A stretch of DNA of 64,000 nucleotides from Octopus vulgaris (Eukaryota), in the NCBI GenBank assembly GCA_951406725.2, contig OX597818.1, forward strand, positions 88,970,001-89,034,000, given 5' to 3'. The notes beneath the pieces were generated by a model that saw only the letters and a program-made list of their open reading frames with translations, did not search any database and was not told where the DNA came from. The translations under genes were made by a program, and so were the position numbers. Numbering within the stretch: the stretch's first letter is position 1; each line of letters opens with the position of its first letter. Below, in pieces: positions 13,381-29,528 of the stretch.

Positions 13381-15454
13381 AGTAATAGGAAATATTCACC
13401 AGCGACCTTCTTAAAAGTTATCGTCAACATCTTTTCGCCACATCTACATCTGTTTAATTCAACAACCTTCTCATACTTCCCCATATCCCGTTTTCCCCTC
13501 TTTATATTCCATCCTATAATGCATTTCACATTTAAATTTAAACACATTTCATTTAATTTCTTTGCATATTATTTCAAACATCCATCCATTCATTTATTTA
13601 TCTCATTCAATTTGCTATTACTCATCATTTTAATGTTTCATTATCTGCATCTATTGTTTCTTTGGATTTTTCAGTCGCTGTCACAGATTTGGAAATTTCA
13701 GAATTAAGTGAAAATTTTCAAATTTGATTTATTGATGTAACTTTTTACGCTGAATTTAAATTTGGGATTCATTTATTCCCAGAAAAAAAAAAAAAAGAAA
13801 TAGAAATAGAAAAATGCTATTGACTCTCATTTTTAGTCCAACCAGAAAACAGGAATCGGAAGCTATCATTTTCTGCGTGATAGCTCTCTGTCACAAGATG
13901 ATATTGCGTATCAAACTTTGTGGTGGTGGTTGCAGTGGTGAAAGTATCACATTCGCGCAAGTACGTCGTCCTTGTTACAATGAAAACAATGGAGACAACA
14001 GCTTTGCTTATTACTATGGAAGCAGATAGCAATGAGATTTGCGGTCATGTTGTATAATGGTAGCTTTCGTTGGGTTAAAATCACCCAAAATTTGCATAGC
14101 TAAAATGAATTTAATTTTCATAACTAGTATGCAAAACTGAAGCAGTATAACCAAATTTGAAAACAACTGAAACAAAATGAAAAAATATGAAATATGTGAC
14201 AACAACCGAAAAGATCCTTCCCTTTTTGTTTTAATCTTTATCTGATCTCAGTTTTCTATTATTCTTACAAAACCTCCATACACATAACTTCAGTTTTTCT
14301 AGATAAACTTCTGCAATTTTTAAATTCATTCAATTATTTCACTAACATAATCTTTATATAAAGCACTTTAAAATACGTCACACTTCCAATTTCTTTCTCG
14401 GCTTATGTTTATATACACCAGTAACATTTTAAAATTATACACTTTCATCTCCTATATATTATATTTAATTATTAAGTACCTTACTTATATATTATTTTCG
14501 TATTAAACGCTTTAAAATATTATATCTGCTTCGACTTCAGAGTACATTCATTCACATAGGGAACAATTTTTATTAAAAAAATATTACTCCTTCATTTCCA
14601 CCAGTTCCATAATGTGTTCAATTTACTTAATTATCAAATATTATTTTTAGCCTTCCTATTACCTAATACATTTATTAGCTGATAATTTGGCTTATCAGCA
14701 AAAAGCTAAAACCATTTACATTTTATATATTTATATATCTCTATGATTAAAATATTTCTCCAACGTCTTAGTCAGCCATTCAGAAACTTAAATATTTTTA
14801 ATACTACAGCGTTCGCTTTCGGGGCTCTCAACTTCGCAATTAATCAACGGATTTCAATATAATTTTAATGTTATTTTCCTTCATCTACACATACTTATTT
14901 CACTTCAAATTTTCCAATCCATTCCTTTCAAGACTAAGTACACTAAAAGCTAGAAAACTAGATATTTTTCAAACCCGTCTCACCTGAATCCTATCCATAT
15001 CCTAACACTTTATAGGTGGAGTGGTATCATTCTCTGTCGATTTATATTTTCCTTTCTCCAATTCAAATTCTTTTATTTACGTTTCTCTCACCTCCCCTTC
15101 CTTTTATCTTCCTTAATACTGTCCATTATTTGCCTATTATTCTCGGTCTTCTTTTCAATGCTTTGAAATTTCCGTTTCGCAACGAAATAGCTTGAAATCT
15201 GTCAGCGTTTGTTTAAATTTCAACACGGCTTTTATTACTAAACGTTTTCATTGTCGAATATATGGTTCTTATGAATAATTAACCGTTTTAAAATGATATG
15301 TGCATGTGTGTGAGTGCGTTAATGTGTGTGTGTGTCTGCGGGCGGGGGGTGTTCGGTTATATCTTGTTATACTATTCTTATTCGCATTCTTGTTTCAGAC
15401 TTTGGACTACAGCCAAGCTAAGGCACCGTCTTGAAGAGCCTATACTGGTACACT

Positions 15455-16150
15455 GCTGAATTTCCTTCTTTGTAGAGTCGCAGGTAGCGTCCACGAAGGC
15501 GCCTCTCAATGTTCAGTTCCCCAAATAAGAATATCTTATATCTTTGGGAGTCTGTTTTCGTCTATGTGAACCACTTGACTTGCCCATCTGAAACGGTGCT
15601 TGATGATTGTAGCCTCCATGCTAGTTTGTACCGCTCTCTTTAGTAGCCAATCTTGGTAACGTAGTCTTACCATTCGATGTTCAAGATAGACCGAAGTTTC
15701 TATTGATGGAATTGTTCAAGCTTTTTCAGATCATGGCGGTACAAGGTCCACGTCTAACACTTATACAGCAGGGTAGACACAACTATGGCATTGAAGACCA
15801 TCATTTTGGTTTGCATGGTAAGACTCTAGTTACTTCCTAAAGTTTCAACTGGAGAGTCTCCCAAAGGCTGAATATGCTGCTTAGATCTTGTATTATGAAG
15901 TACAGTGAACAGACAGGAGGCTACCACACATTCAATGGCGATTCCACTAATGGTGATGTTACAGTTTGGCGGATCACATCCAGGTGGTGTTTGTACAATG
16001 ATTAAAAAGTCCTCCATCAGAACGGTACTTAATCTTTACGTCTGGGTTGTTCTGGGGAATTTCATGAAGCATCGCAGCAAAGTAAAGTAAGAAGAGTATG
16101 GATGCAAGAACACAGCCTTGTTTTAAATCACACACGATATGGAAATTCTT
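15455..16150 (-). mobile_element. RTE-clade LINE reverse transcriptase fragment (internally deleted)
   Basis: Minus-strand translation: CDLKQGCVLASILFLLYFAAML...IKYRSDGGLFN, then TKMMVFNAIVVSTLLYKC*TWTLYRHDLKKLEQFHQ*KLRSILNIEW, EATIIKHRFRWASQV and LFGEL; typical RTE RT and C-terminal motifs. Confidence 0.88.
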
Positions 16151-16454
16151 CTCAAGAGTTAGGTTAGTGGATAATTCCAGATTTCTTAAATGGCTTCGAA
16201 CATTGGTAAAGACAGAATTGTATTCTTTGATTTTCTTTTATTCCTTTTCTTGCTAAAGAAATTCGACAGCGACCATGCTGGAGTACCACCTTTAAATGTT
16301 TGCTTCAACTCATCAATTCCAGTGGACATTTTAAGTGTGGTGTTCATTACATCGGTGTCTATTTGCCGAACTGTAGCATAGGGGAACATAAACAAACTAA
16401 CGCCGAGAAGACAAAACGCACAAAAAATATATTGTATATCTATATCTATCTGAG

Positions 16455-19475
<3,021 letters not shown>

Positions 19476-20012
19476 AGGAAAAGTTTGAGAGGGAGGAAAA
19501 TAGAGATCGTTTGCCAGATGTAAAATAATATTTTTCTCTGTAATAAATTATAATTTCAACGAAGCATTTTCCAATTTCTGTAATTCCTAAAAACACTTCT
19601 TCAAAGAAATTTCAATTAAAAAGAAAACAAAATACCCATTAGGAAGCCTTTAAAAAAAAAACTTGTTTTCGAACCCGCCTCGCTTTCTTCCTCCTGTCTC
19701 CACTCACTGCTGCATGCATTCCACACTATTGTGCATCTACTTCATGCAATAACAACCCCATGCAATGCACCACATCGCTATGCACTACACTGCGCCTCAC
19801 CGCCCATTACGCAAACATTACACCATGTCTTTTTTCTACAACCACGATGGCAACTACATAAGGTGCTCGCTCAGTTTGCGAGAAATAGCAGCTAAATCTT
19901 GCTCGAAAATCATGCTACGTCTTAGAAAGGGACATATCGTGTTATTTTAACGTAGAATTCATTGTGCTTCAGAAAATGGGAAGGACAATCGCAGGTGGAA
20001 GGTATTTGGTCA

Positions 20013-20405
20013 TAGGCGCAGAAGTGGCTGTGTGATAAGTAGCTTGCTTACTAACCACATGGTTCCGGGTTCAGATCCACTGCGTGGCACCTTGGGCAAG
20101 TGTCTTCTACTATAGCCTCGAGCCGACCAAAGCGTTGTGAGTGTAGACGGAAACTGAAAAAAGCCCGTCGTATATATATATATATATATGGGGGAGGGGT
20201 GTTTGTGTGTCTGGGTTTGTCCCCACCAACATCGCTTGACATCCGATGCTGGTGTGTTTACGTCTAAGTAACTTAGTCGTTCTGCAAGAGCGACCGAAAA
20301 GATAAGTACTAGGCTTACAAAGAATAAGTCCTGGGGTCGATTTGCTCGACTAAAGGCGGTGCTCCAGCATGACCGCAATCAAATTACTGAAACAAGTAAA
20401 AGAAA
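20013..20405 (+). mobile_element. SINE family A
   Basis: aggcgcagaagtggctgtgtg...ccttgggcaagtgtctt (CORE-like motif)...ctgaaacaagtaaaaga. Confidence 0.92.
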
Positions 20406-20507
20406 GGCCTGTATTATCAAGTCTGAGTTGGGACTGACTAATAATAATAATAATAATAATAATAAGAATAATAATAATAATAATAATTATAATAATAATA
20501 ATAATAA

Positions 20508-21074
20508 TCTACTATAGGCACAAGACCTGAAATTTCCGGTGAGGGGGCCAATCGATTAGATCGACCGCAGTACGAAACTGGTACTTAATTTATCAACCCC
20601 GAAATGATGAAAGGTAAAGTCAACCTCGACGGAATTTGAACTCAGAACGTTAAGACAGGCGAAATACCTTTTTCTTTACTACCCACAAGGAGCTAAACAC
20701 AGAAAGGACAAACAAGGACAGACAAACGGATTAAGTCGATTATATCGACCCCAGTGCGTAACTGGTACTTATTTAATCGACTCCGAAAGGATGAAAGGCA
20801 AAGTCGAATTCGGCGGAATTTGAGCTCAGAACGTAGCGGCAGACGAAATACCTGTTTCTTTATTACCCACAAGGGGCTAAACGTAGAGGAGACAAACAAG
20901 GACAGACAAACGGATTATATCGACCCCAGGGCGTAAATGGCACTTAATTTTTTGACCCCGAAAGGATAAAAGGCAAAGTCGACCTCGGCGGAATTTGAAC
21001 TCAGAACGTAACGGCAGACAATATACGGCTGCGCTTTTCGCCCGGCGTGCTAACGTTTCTGCCAGCTCGCCGCC

Positions 21075-21077
<3 letters not shown>
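20508..21077 (-). mobile_element. SINE family B trimer flanked by (TAA)n on both sides
   Basis: One head (ends ccagctcgccgcctt at 21076) followed by two headless units; (taa)n at ~20439-20507 and ~21076-21152. Confidence 0.9.
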
Positions 21078-21154
<77 letters not shown>

Positions 21155-21393
21155 GAACAACTGGAACAACGAGAACTAAACAGTACTACGCCGCAGCAAC
21201 CACGCGATATCATACTACTATACCTTAGTTACGCTATACTACAACGCTACATCACCTTGGCACCACCTCTCAACACCGTACCAAACTACATCACAACTCC
21301 CCTAACTCATCCTTTTTTTTTCGCCCCCTTTGGAATAATTTCAAATGTTTTTCCAATTAAATTCCGTCTCTTTATGACTGTATTTGGAAAAAG

Positions 21394-22160
21394 GTGATGG
21401 CGGCAGAGCGGCGGCGGTATTGTTACTGCTGATGAAGCTGGGGGTGGAGGTGATGATGGTGGCGGCGGCGGTGCTGGTGGTGGTGATGGTGGTGTGGTGA
21501 AAATGATGATGGTTGTGGTGGTTGTGGTGATGGTGGTGGTACAATGGTGATGCTGTTGCCGATGGGGAGAGTCTTAGCGGTAATAATGGTGGTGGTGGTG
21601 GTGGTGGTGAAAATGATGATGGTTGTGGTGGCGGTTGTGGTGATGGTGGCGGTACAGTGAGTGATGGTTGTGGCGGTGGTGGTAGTGGTGATGGTGATTA
21701 TTGTAGTATAATGGTAGTGATTATAATGGTGGATTATAGTTGTGACTATGGTGGTGGTGGTGGTGGTGGTGGTGGTGGTGGTTGTAGTGCTGAGAGTAGT
21801 GGTGATGGTGATGGTGATGATGATTGGTATTGTTATGGTAATGGTTGTATTTGACATGTGTTGTGGTGGTAGTAGTGGTCGTGATCGTGGTAACCATGAT
21901 GGTATTAGTGGTGGTGGTGATTGTAGAGATGGTGAGGGTATTGGTGATGGTGATGGTGGTGATGATGGTGATGATAGTGATGGTGGTAGTGGTAGTGATG
22001 GTGGTGGTAATGATAGTGGCACTGGTGGTGGGGTAGTTATGGTGGTGGCGTTCAGCTGGTGATGGTACATATCGTGAAGGTGTTGGCGGTGGTGAGGTCG
22101 TGGCGGTGGTGATGGTTGTGGTGGTGGTGATGGCGGCGCTGTAGCTTTTGTTGCCGCTGC
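21394..22160. repeat. Cryptic (GGT)/(GAT) trinucleotide low-complexity tract
   Basis: Degenerate ggt/gat/ggc triplets; short internal duplication (gtgaaaatgatgatggttgtggtgg at ~21497 and ~21607). Confidence 0.9.
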
Positions 22161-22690
22161 TGGTAAGATATTCAGGTAACATTTCTTCCAGAAGGGCGTG
22201 TTGTGATATTCATGCTTTCCAATGAGATTTACATATTTATACTGAGAAATAATACAAGGCGGTCCAACAAGTGAATCGAAACCGTATCCCCGGCTTTGTC
22301 TACTAGAAATAAACATCTGATCCAGAATCTTGTTGCAGCGATGACGTCATTGTTATGGAATTCCTGATTTTGGAAAGTTCTACATTGGTATGTGTGAAGG
22401 TCGGCGTATCGGTACTTGTAAATGTGCGTGTGAATGAGTGTGTGTGTGTATGTGTGTGTGTGTGTTAGTGTGTTTGTACGCGCGTATGTATGTGTGTATG
22501 TCTGCGTTGCCAGTTACATGTTACATCTGACAGGTGTGCATGTATGTGTGTATGTGTGTGTGTTGTGTTAGGAATGTGTTTGTGTTATTTCTGTGTGTGC
22601 TTTGTACTTATTGTGTATGTATTTGTGTATTGTGCGTATGCTGTGCATATACTGTGTGACTCTTGTGTGTATGTGTGTACGTTGTTTGTG

Positions 22691-22741
<51 letters not shown>

Positions 22742-22902
22742 GTGTGATCTCTTTCTCTATAAGTGCGTGTGAGTTTGTGTGCGTACGAGTGTGTCTCTGG
22801 ATAATTTATAAATGTGCTTTGTGTGTGTTTGTGTGTGTGTGTGTGTGTGTGTTTGTGTTTCTGTGTGTTTTTGTGTTTCTGTGTGTGTATGCGTGTGACT
22901 GT

Positions 22903-22945
<43 letters not shown>

Positions 22946-22974
22946 TATATATATATATATATATATATGTATAT

Positions 22975-23132
22975 GAGTGGCTGTGTGGTAAGTAGCTTGC
23001 TTACCAACCACATGGTTCCGGGTTCAGTCCCACTGCGTGGCACATTGGGCAAGTGTCTACTACTATAGCCTCGGGCCGACCAAAGCCTTGTGACTGGATT
23101 TGGTAGACGGAAACTGAAAGAAACCTGTCGTA

Positions 23133-23194
<62 letters not shown>

Positions 23195-23406
23195 AGTGTG
23201 TTTAATGTGTCTGTGTTTGTCCCCCCAACATCGCTTGACAACCGATGCTGGTGTGTTTACGTCCCCGTAACTTAGCGGTTCGGCAAAACAGACCAATAGA
23301 ATAAGTACTAGGCTTACAAAGAATAAGTCCCGGTGTCGATTTGCTCGACTAAAGGCGGTGCTCCAGCATGGCAACAGTCAAATGACTAAAACAAGTAAAA
23401 GAGTAA
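22975..23406 (+). mobile_element. SINE family A
   Basis: gagtggctgtgtggtaagtagc...aaacaagtaaaagagtaaa. Confidence 0.92.
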
Positions 23407-23412
23407 ATGTAT

Positions 23413-23469
<57 letters not shown>

Positions 23470-23731
23470 GAGAGAGACAGGGAAATACATACAGGGAAAT
23501 ACATACACATACATGTATATGCATTTAAACATATTAATATATATCCACACACACACACACAGACATTCACACTCACATAATCTCATACACACACAGTGTA
23601 TATCCAATATATACATGCAACATATATAACTTTTATACAATACGTACACACGCAATACGCAATATACAAACAATACGTACACACACACACACACACATAT
23701 ATCAATACTTAGATAGATGGCTGGATGGATG

Positions 23732-23798
<67 letters not shown>

Positions 23799-25634
23799 GT
23801 GTGTGTGTACATATTCTTTGCGTCTATTGTAGAAAAGTTATATTATGTTGCATGTATATATTGAGTATACTGCATGTGTGAGAGATTATGTGTGTGTGTA
23901 TATGTGACTGTGTGTGTGAGTTTGTGACTCTGTGTGTGTATGTGTTTATTTGTATATTTTTGCTTGTGTCTGTGTATGCGTGTGTGTGTGTGTGTATGTT
24001 GTCCATTTATTCAACCATCCGCCCATGTTATTCCTTAATAACTTACGCCAGTTTAATATGTGTGACTTGGAAGGTGAGGTGAAAGTTAAGAGGTGAAAGG
24101 TGAGTGAATGTCTGTTTGTCTCAGACACGTCATGTCACTCCTTTCAAGGTCACTTTCGCCCTTTACCTCACGCGCGCACACACACACTCTCTCACTCACA
24201 CACACACAGACAAACACACACATAAAAGTTCGTATGCACACTGTCTCACAAACGAGACACAGCAGACAAACAACTTGCAAAGCTCAACCACTAAACACAC
24301 GGAGTTTGAACGCAACGCACACAGCTTACAATAAAACACATATACTTTACACAGAACACGCGCGCACACACACACACACATACACACACACATGCATGTA
24401 CGTACACACATAGAGACACACATACACACACAAACACACAACTTGCACATGCAATATGCGAGCAGCTCACGCACAACACAAAATCCTCACATTTCTCACA
24501 CACAACAGAATACTTACACACACACCACACAACACACATACACACAACAACAACACAACACACACAGTCCATACAAATACACACAACACATAGGCTCACA
24601 TAATATACACATACACACCACACTTACACGCAACACACACAAGTGCGTAGAACACACACACAGTCACACAACACACGCGCATACACAACACACACAATAT
24701 ACCTACGTGCGCAACACACACAACATACACACACAGCACATGCAACACGCACACATGCACACACAAGCACACACACAAACACAAGCACACGCACACACAA
24801 CACACACACACTCACACATGCACATACGACACACATGCAATAGGCAAGGATCTCACACACAGTACACACCTCTCACAGTAAAGTGTGTTTACACAAGTGC
24901 ACACACATACACAAACACACTCACATAGACACACAAGCACACAGACGTAAACACACAGAAACACAAACACAAACACACACACACACACAAGCGCACACAC
25001 ATACACAAACACACTCACATACACACAAGCACACACAGACATGCAAACACACAGAAACACAAACATAAGCACACATACATGCATAAACACACATGCACAC
25101 ACACATACTACACGCAACACATGAAAAAATCTCTCAACACAATTCACACACTTTTCCATTTAAGATTTCATAAAATCCTTTGTCTTCATTCCAAAATCCC
25201 ACTATTATTCAATCCAAGACCCATTATATTACATTGATGTAACGATGGTGAATTACTACAAACGATATATCACATATTGCCATATTTGGGAATAGTCAAA
25301 ATTTATAAAGCCAATAAACGTACTCACAGGTTATTGCTTGTCTATATTTCACTTCTTTTTCCAAAGCGTTCGTTATTTGTTTATGTCGTCAAACTGTTTT
25401 TTTTTACTATATCAACATGTGGTTTTTTCAGTGGATGTATATCATGGTCGTCGCCGTTATCATCGTCGTCGTCATCGTCATCGTTACACCATCATCATCG
25501 TCGTCATCATCATCATTCGACATGGTTAAACAACCAATACCAGCCAGTCCGTATTCACAGCACGGATTGTACTATTTATCCTTTCGATCGCTGAATACAA
25601 AACGTGGCTGGCGAGACTCCGTTCCATCTCACCC

Positions 25635-25775
25635 TTGTACAGCAAGGTTACCCATTCACAGCAGAGTGGACCGAGGCTACTTAAAATGAAGTATTTTGCT
25701 CAAGAACACAATGCACGGTCGGTCTGGGAATCGAAACCACGGTCTCGCAAACATGAATGCAACATCCTAACCATA
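25635..25775 (-). mobile_element. Decayed tRNA/CORE-type SINE (family D-like)
   Basis: Minus strand reads tggttaggatgttgcattc...gtggtttcgattccc...gtgttcttgagcaaaatacttcatttt, similar to 60551-60860. Confidence 0.6.
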
Positions 25776-26020
25776 AATCAATTCACCGTCACACTTTATT
25801 GGATCACCGTTGGATCACCGTTGATTCATTTGACGGATTTTGCTTTTCGTCACACAGAATATCCAATAAATCATTCCATGCCAAGCAAGCTTCGTGGGGT
25901 TGCCGGTTTAGTCACTGATATCCCGACCATGTCATTGGATTTAATGGATTACATGTTACCAGTAGCGCTGGCGAGCGACTTGACTAGAATATATTTAGTT
26001 AAGGTTATTTCTATAGAAAG

Positions 26021-26412
26021 GAGGCGAGCTGGCAGAATCGTTAGCACGCTGGACGAAATGCTTAGCGGTATTTCATCTGCTGCTACGTTCTGAATTCAAA
26101 TTCCGCCAAGGTCGACTCTCCTTTCATCCTTTCGAGGTCGATAAATTAAGTACCAGTTACGCACTGGGGTTGATATAATCCACTTAATCCGTTTGTCTGT
26201 CCTTGTTTGTCTTCTCTGTGTTTAGCCCCTTGTGGGTAGTAAAGAAATAGGTATTTCGCCCGTCGCTACATTCTGAGTTCAAATTCCGTCGAGGTCGACT
26301 TTCCTTTCATCCTTTCGGGGTCGATGAAATAAGTACCATTTACGCACTGGGGTGGGGTCGATGAAATCGACTATACCCCGCCCCCAAATTTCAGGCCTTG
26401 TGCCTATAGTAA
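26021..26412 (+). mobile_element. SINE family B dimer
   Basis: Head gaggcgagctggcagaatcgttagc, body, tail 2 (…gccccttgtgggtagtaaagaaata), then a headless body starting ggtatttcg and ending in tail 1 (…ggccttgtgcctatagt). Confidence 0.9.
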
Positions 26413-26429
26413 AAAGCTTATTACAACAA

Positions 26430-26591
26430 GCGCAGGAGTGGCTGTGTGGTAAGTAGCTTGCTTACCAACCACATGGTTCCGGGTTCAGTCCCACTGCGTG
26501 GCACCTTGGGCAACTGTCTTCTGCTATAGCCTCGGGCCGACTAAAGCCTTGTGAGTGTATTTGGTAGACGGAAACTGAAAGAAGCCCGTCG

Positions 26592-26653
<62 letters not shown>

Positions 26654-26862
26654 TGTGTGTGTTTGTTTGTACCCCTAGCATTGTTTGACAACCGATGCTG
26701 GTGTGTTTATGTCCCCGTAACCTAGCGGTTCGGCAAAAGAGACCGATAGAATAAGTACTGGGGTTACAAAAGAATAAGTCCCGGGGTCGAGTTGCTCGAT
26801 TAAAGGTGGTGCTCCAGCATGGCCGCAGTCAAATGACTGAAACAAGTAAAAGAGAAAAAGAA
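26430..26862 (+). mobile_element. SINE family A
   Basis: Full copy gcgcaggagtggctg...aaacaagtaaaagag. Confidence 0.92.
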
Positions 26863-26947
26863 AGAGGAGCACTGATTTTGCTACGCCGTTTCGTATACGC
26901 GGAGTCAGATATAAACAAACAATGAAATCGGAGATGAAAAAGTGGTA

Positions 26948-26998
26948 ATGGGTATATATCCCATATTTCGTGGGTTTTGCCCCTTCATCAGCACCCAT
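26948..26998 (-). ncRNA. Minimal type-I hammerhead ribozyme motif
   Basis: Minus strand AUGGGUG-CUGAUGA-A-GGGG CAAAA CCCAC-GAAA-UAU GGG AUA-UA^UACCCAU: 7-bp stem I, canonical CUGAUGA and GAAA, stem II with a bulge, 4-bp stem III, AUA cleavage triplet. Confidence 0.75.
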
Positions 26999-27164
26999 AT
27001 AAGCCATTAGTAATTCTCGAACACTCAGCTTAAATAGCCACCACATATACCAATTTACATATGAAACGCATTCCTGGAAGCTGGTACGTAAATACTAATG
27101 TTTTGTAGGTACGTGGTATTTCATTATGCAACCATATTTAATCAGTAAAGAATATATTCTTTCA

Positions 27165-28025
27165 TTCTTTCATTTTTTTCCAGTCATTTGAGATCGACCC
27201 CAGGACTTGTTCTTTGTAAGCCTAGTACTTATTCTATTGGTCTCTTTTGCCAAACCGGTATGTGATGGAGACGTAAACACACCATCACCGCTTGCCAAGC
27301 GATGGTGGGGGAACAATCACACAAACATATACATGCATATGTATGTATGAATGTATGAATATATATATATATATATATATTTGTTGGCAAATGAAATAGG
27401 GATAAGAATGTGCATTGTCTGTTTAATTGGAAAATTCTATAAGTGGCTAAAGATTGCTCGACATTTTAAAACTGATGTAATACTTAAAGTGTTTAATAAA
27501 ATGAAGTAGCATGAAACAATTGTACTACTCTACCTTGGATATACTTGTTGCTTACTTTGATTATAATCACCCCATTTGATTTATATGGATTATACCATAC
27601 AAAATTCTGGTGCCTTTAATATTTAATACTATATTCATCTGAATCTAAATTTTGCTGAACTACATATAAATATGTAGAAAAATACAAACTGGGACAAGAA
27701 CGTAAAACATTCAGAAGACGATACAAAAAACACGGACGGGACATTCGAAGCCTTCAATCTTCAGTCAAGAACCGGATCATCCTAGCAATTTCGGTTGATC
27801 TGAGATCGTGTGCTGGGACGAAAACAATTGCTGCGTGGAAGGTAGAAAAATACAAACTGGGACAAGAACGCAAAACATTCAGAAGACGATACAAAAAACA
27901 CGGACGGGTCATTCGAAGCCTTTAATCTTCAGTCAAGAACCGGATCATCCTAAATTTAATTTGCGAAAATATTTTCCTCGGTTTGAGACCACAACCTGTT
28001 CACTGACAAAATTCCGTGTTGTATG

Positions 28026-28075
<50 letters not shown>

Positions 28076-28196
28076 TATACAACAGGCTTCTTTCAATTTC
28101 CGTCTATCAAATCCACACACAAGGCTTTGGTCGGCCCGGAGCTATAATAGAAGATACTTGCCCATGTTGCTACTTACCACACAGCCACTCCTGCAC
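27165..28196 (-). mobile_element. SINE family A split by a ~640-bp insertion in its central (TA)n
   Basis: 3' half at 27165-27380, 5' half at ~28020-28196 (…cagccactcctgcac). Confidence 0.75.
27674..27952 (-). repeat. Direct repeat (111 bp x2, period 168), Penelope pLTR-like
   Basis: gtagaaaaatacaaactgggacaagaacg...gaaccggatcatccta at 27674-27784 and 27842-27952 with about 3 substitutions; the minus strand carries ctgaaga...cttcgaa. Confidence 0.75.
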
Positions 28197-29107
28197 ATAG
28201 GGAATATATTTTTAAATAATACAGGTTCTTTAATTTAAAAAGTATAGGGATAGAAACATACAGCAACTGCTTTGGAAAAAAAAGTGAAACACAAACAAGC
28301 AACGACCAGTATGTGTGTGTGTGCGCGTGTGTGTGTGTATGTGTGTGTGTGTGTGTGTGTGTTAGTGTGTGTTTCTAGGGTTTATCAATTGAGACTGCAA
28401 ATTTCAACACACAGTTGTGGATCAAATGTCTTGCAAAGCAAATTCAAAATCGATGTGTCATATCATCTACAGAAGCTCCAGAGTTGCGTAGGCATTTGAG
28501 CAGCGTAGCAGATTCTGACAGTGTCTGAGACAATGTGAAGAGTACGATTGAATGTGTGTGTGTGTGTGTGTGTGTATGTGTGTGTGTTTGTGTGTAAGAG
28601 AGAAAGAGACAGTGAAGCAACGGTAATGAGAGATGCAGAGGCAGAGAGGCGGGAGAGAGAGAGAGAGCGTGGGGAACGAAGAATCGCTCCAGTATTACCA
28701 CCCTTGACTGATATCATAATTATCGAACCCTGGAAATGTAATGTTGACATCGGCACTATTTGAACTCAGAACGCAGAGGGCAAACGTACAAGACATTCTA
28801 ACCAACAACTTTAGCATCACTACCAACTCACTTCTTTGATTGCTTAAGAAATGTAAGAGTCCAACACTCAGGGTGATATCATTGATTATCCTCCACCGTT
28901 CTTTCTTCCGATAAAATTGTGACACTATGCCTATATTAGAAATCAATGTTTATTTATATAATTACAGCCCTTTATGTTCTGAGATCATTTCTCACCAGGA
29001 TCGACATTGCTTTTCTTATTCTGTCAAAAATCGATTACTTAAGATAACAAGCCTCACCGTTGGTTGTTCGACCGACTAAAAATAGCAACCTAACATCATT
29101 CTTAAAC

Positions 29108-29320
29108 TTTCCTACTATAGGCACAAGGCCTGAAATTTTGGAAGAGGGGCATGTCGATAGCATCAATCCCCAGTGTTCAACTGGTACTTATTTTATCGAC
29201 CTCGAAAGGATGAGAGGCAAAGTCGATTTCGGAGAAATCTGAACTCAGAACGTAAAGACGTACGAAATGCCGCTACGCATTTTACCCGGTGTGCTAACGA
29301 TTCTGCCAGCTCGCCGCATT
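29108..29320 (-). mobile_element. SINE family B (tail 1)
   Basis: ctactataggcacaaggcctgaaatttt...ttctgccagctcgccgc. Confidence 0.88.
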
Positions 29321-29460
29321 CCTAATGTCACTCAAAGAACGTTGGATAATGTAGTTTTCTTTTGGCGAACTGCTAAGTTACGGGGACGTAAACACACCAA
29401 CTTTGGATAACGAGTGAAGGCAGGGTTGGGTGACAAACACAGACACAAAGACACACACGT

Positions 29461-29528
<68 letters not shown>

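Noticed and set aside
13814-14205. Three short overlapping ORFs in a unique island
   Set aside because: No recognisable family or splice architecture; kept only as a possible non-coding island.
21423-22316. 297-aa Pro/Thr/His-rich ORF
   Set aside because: Most of it is a cryptic (ACC)n tract that is open in several frames; no domain or splice support.
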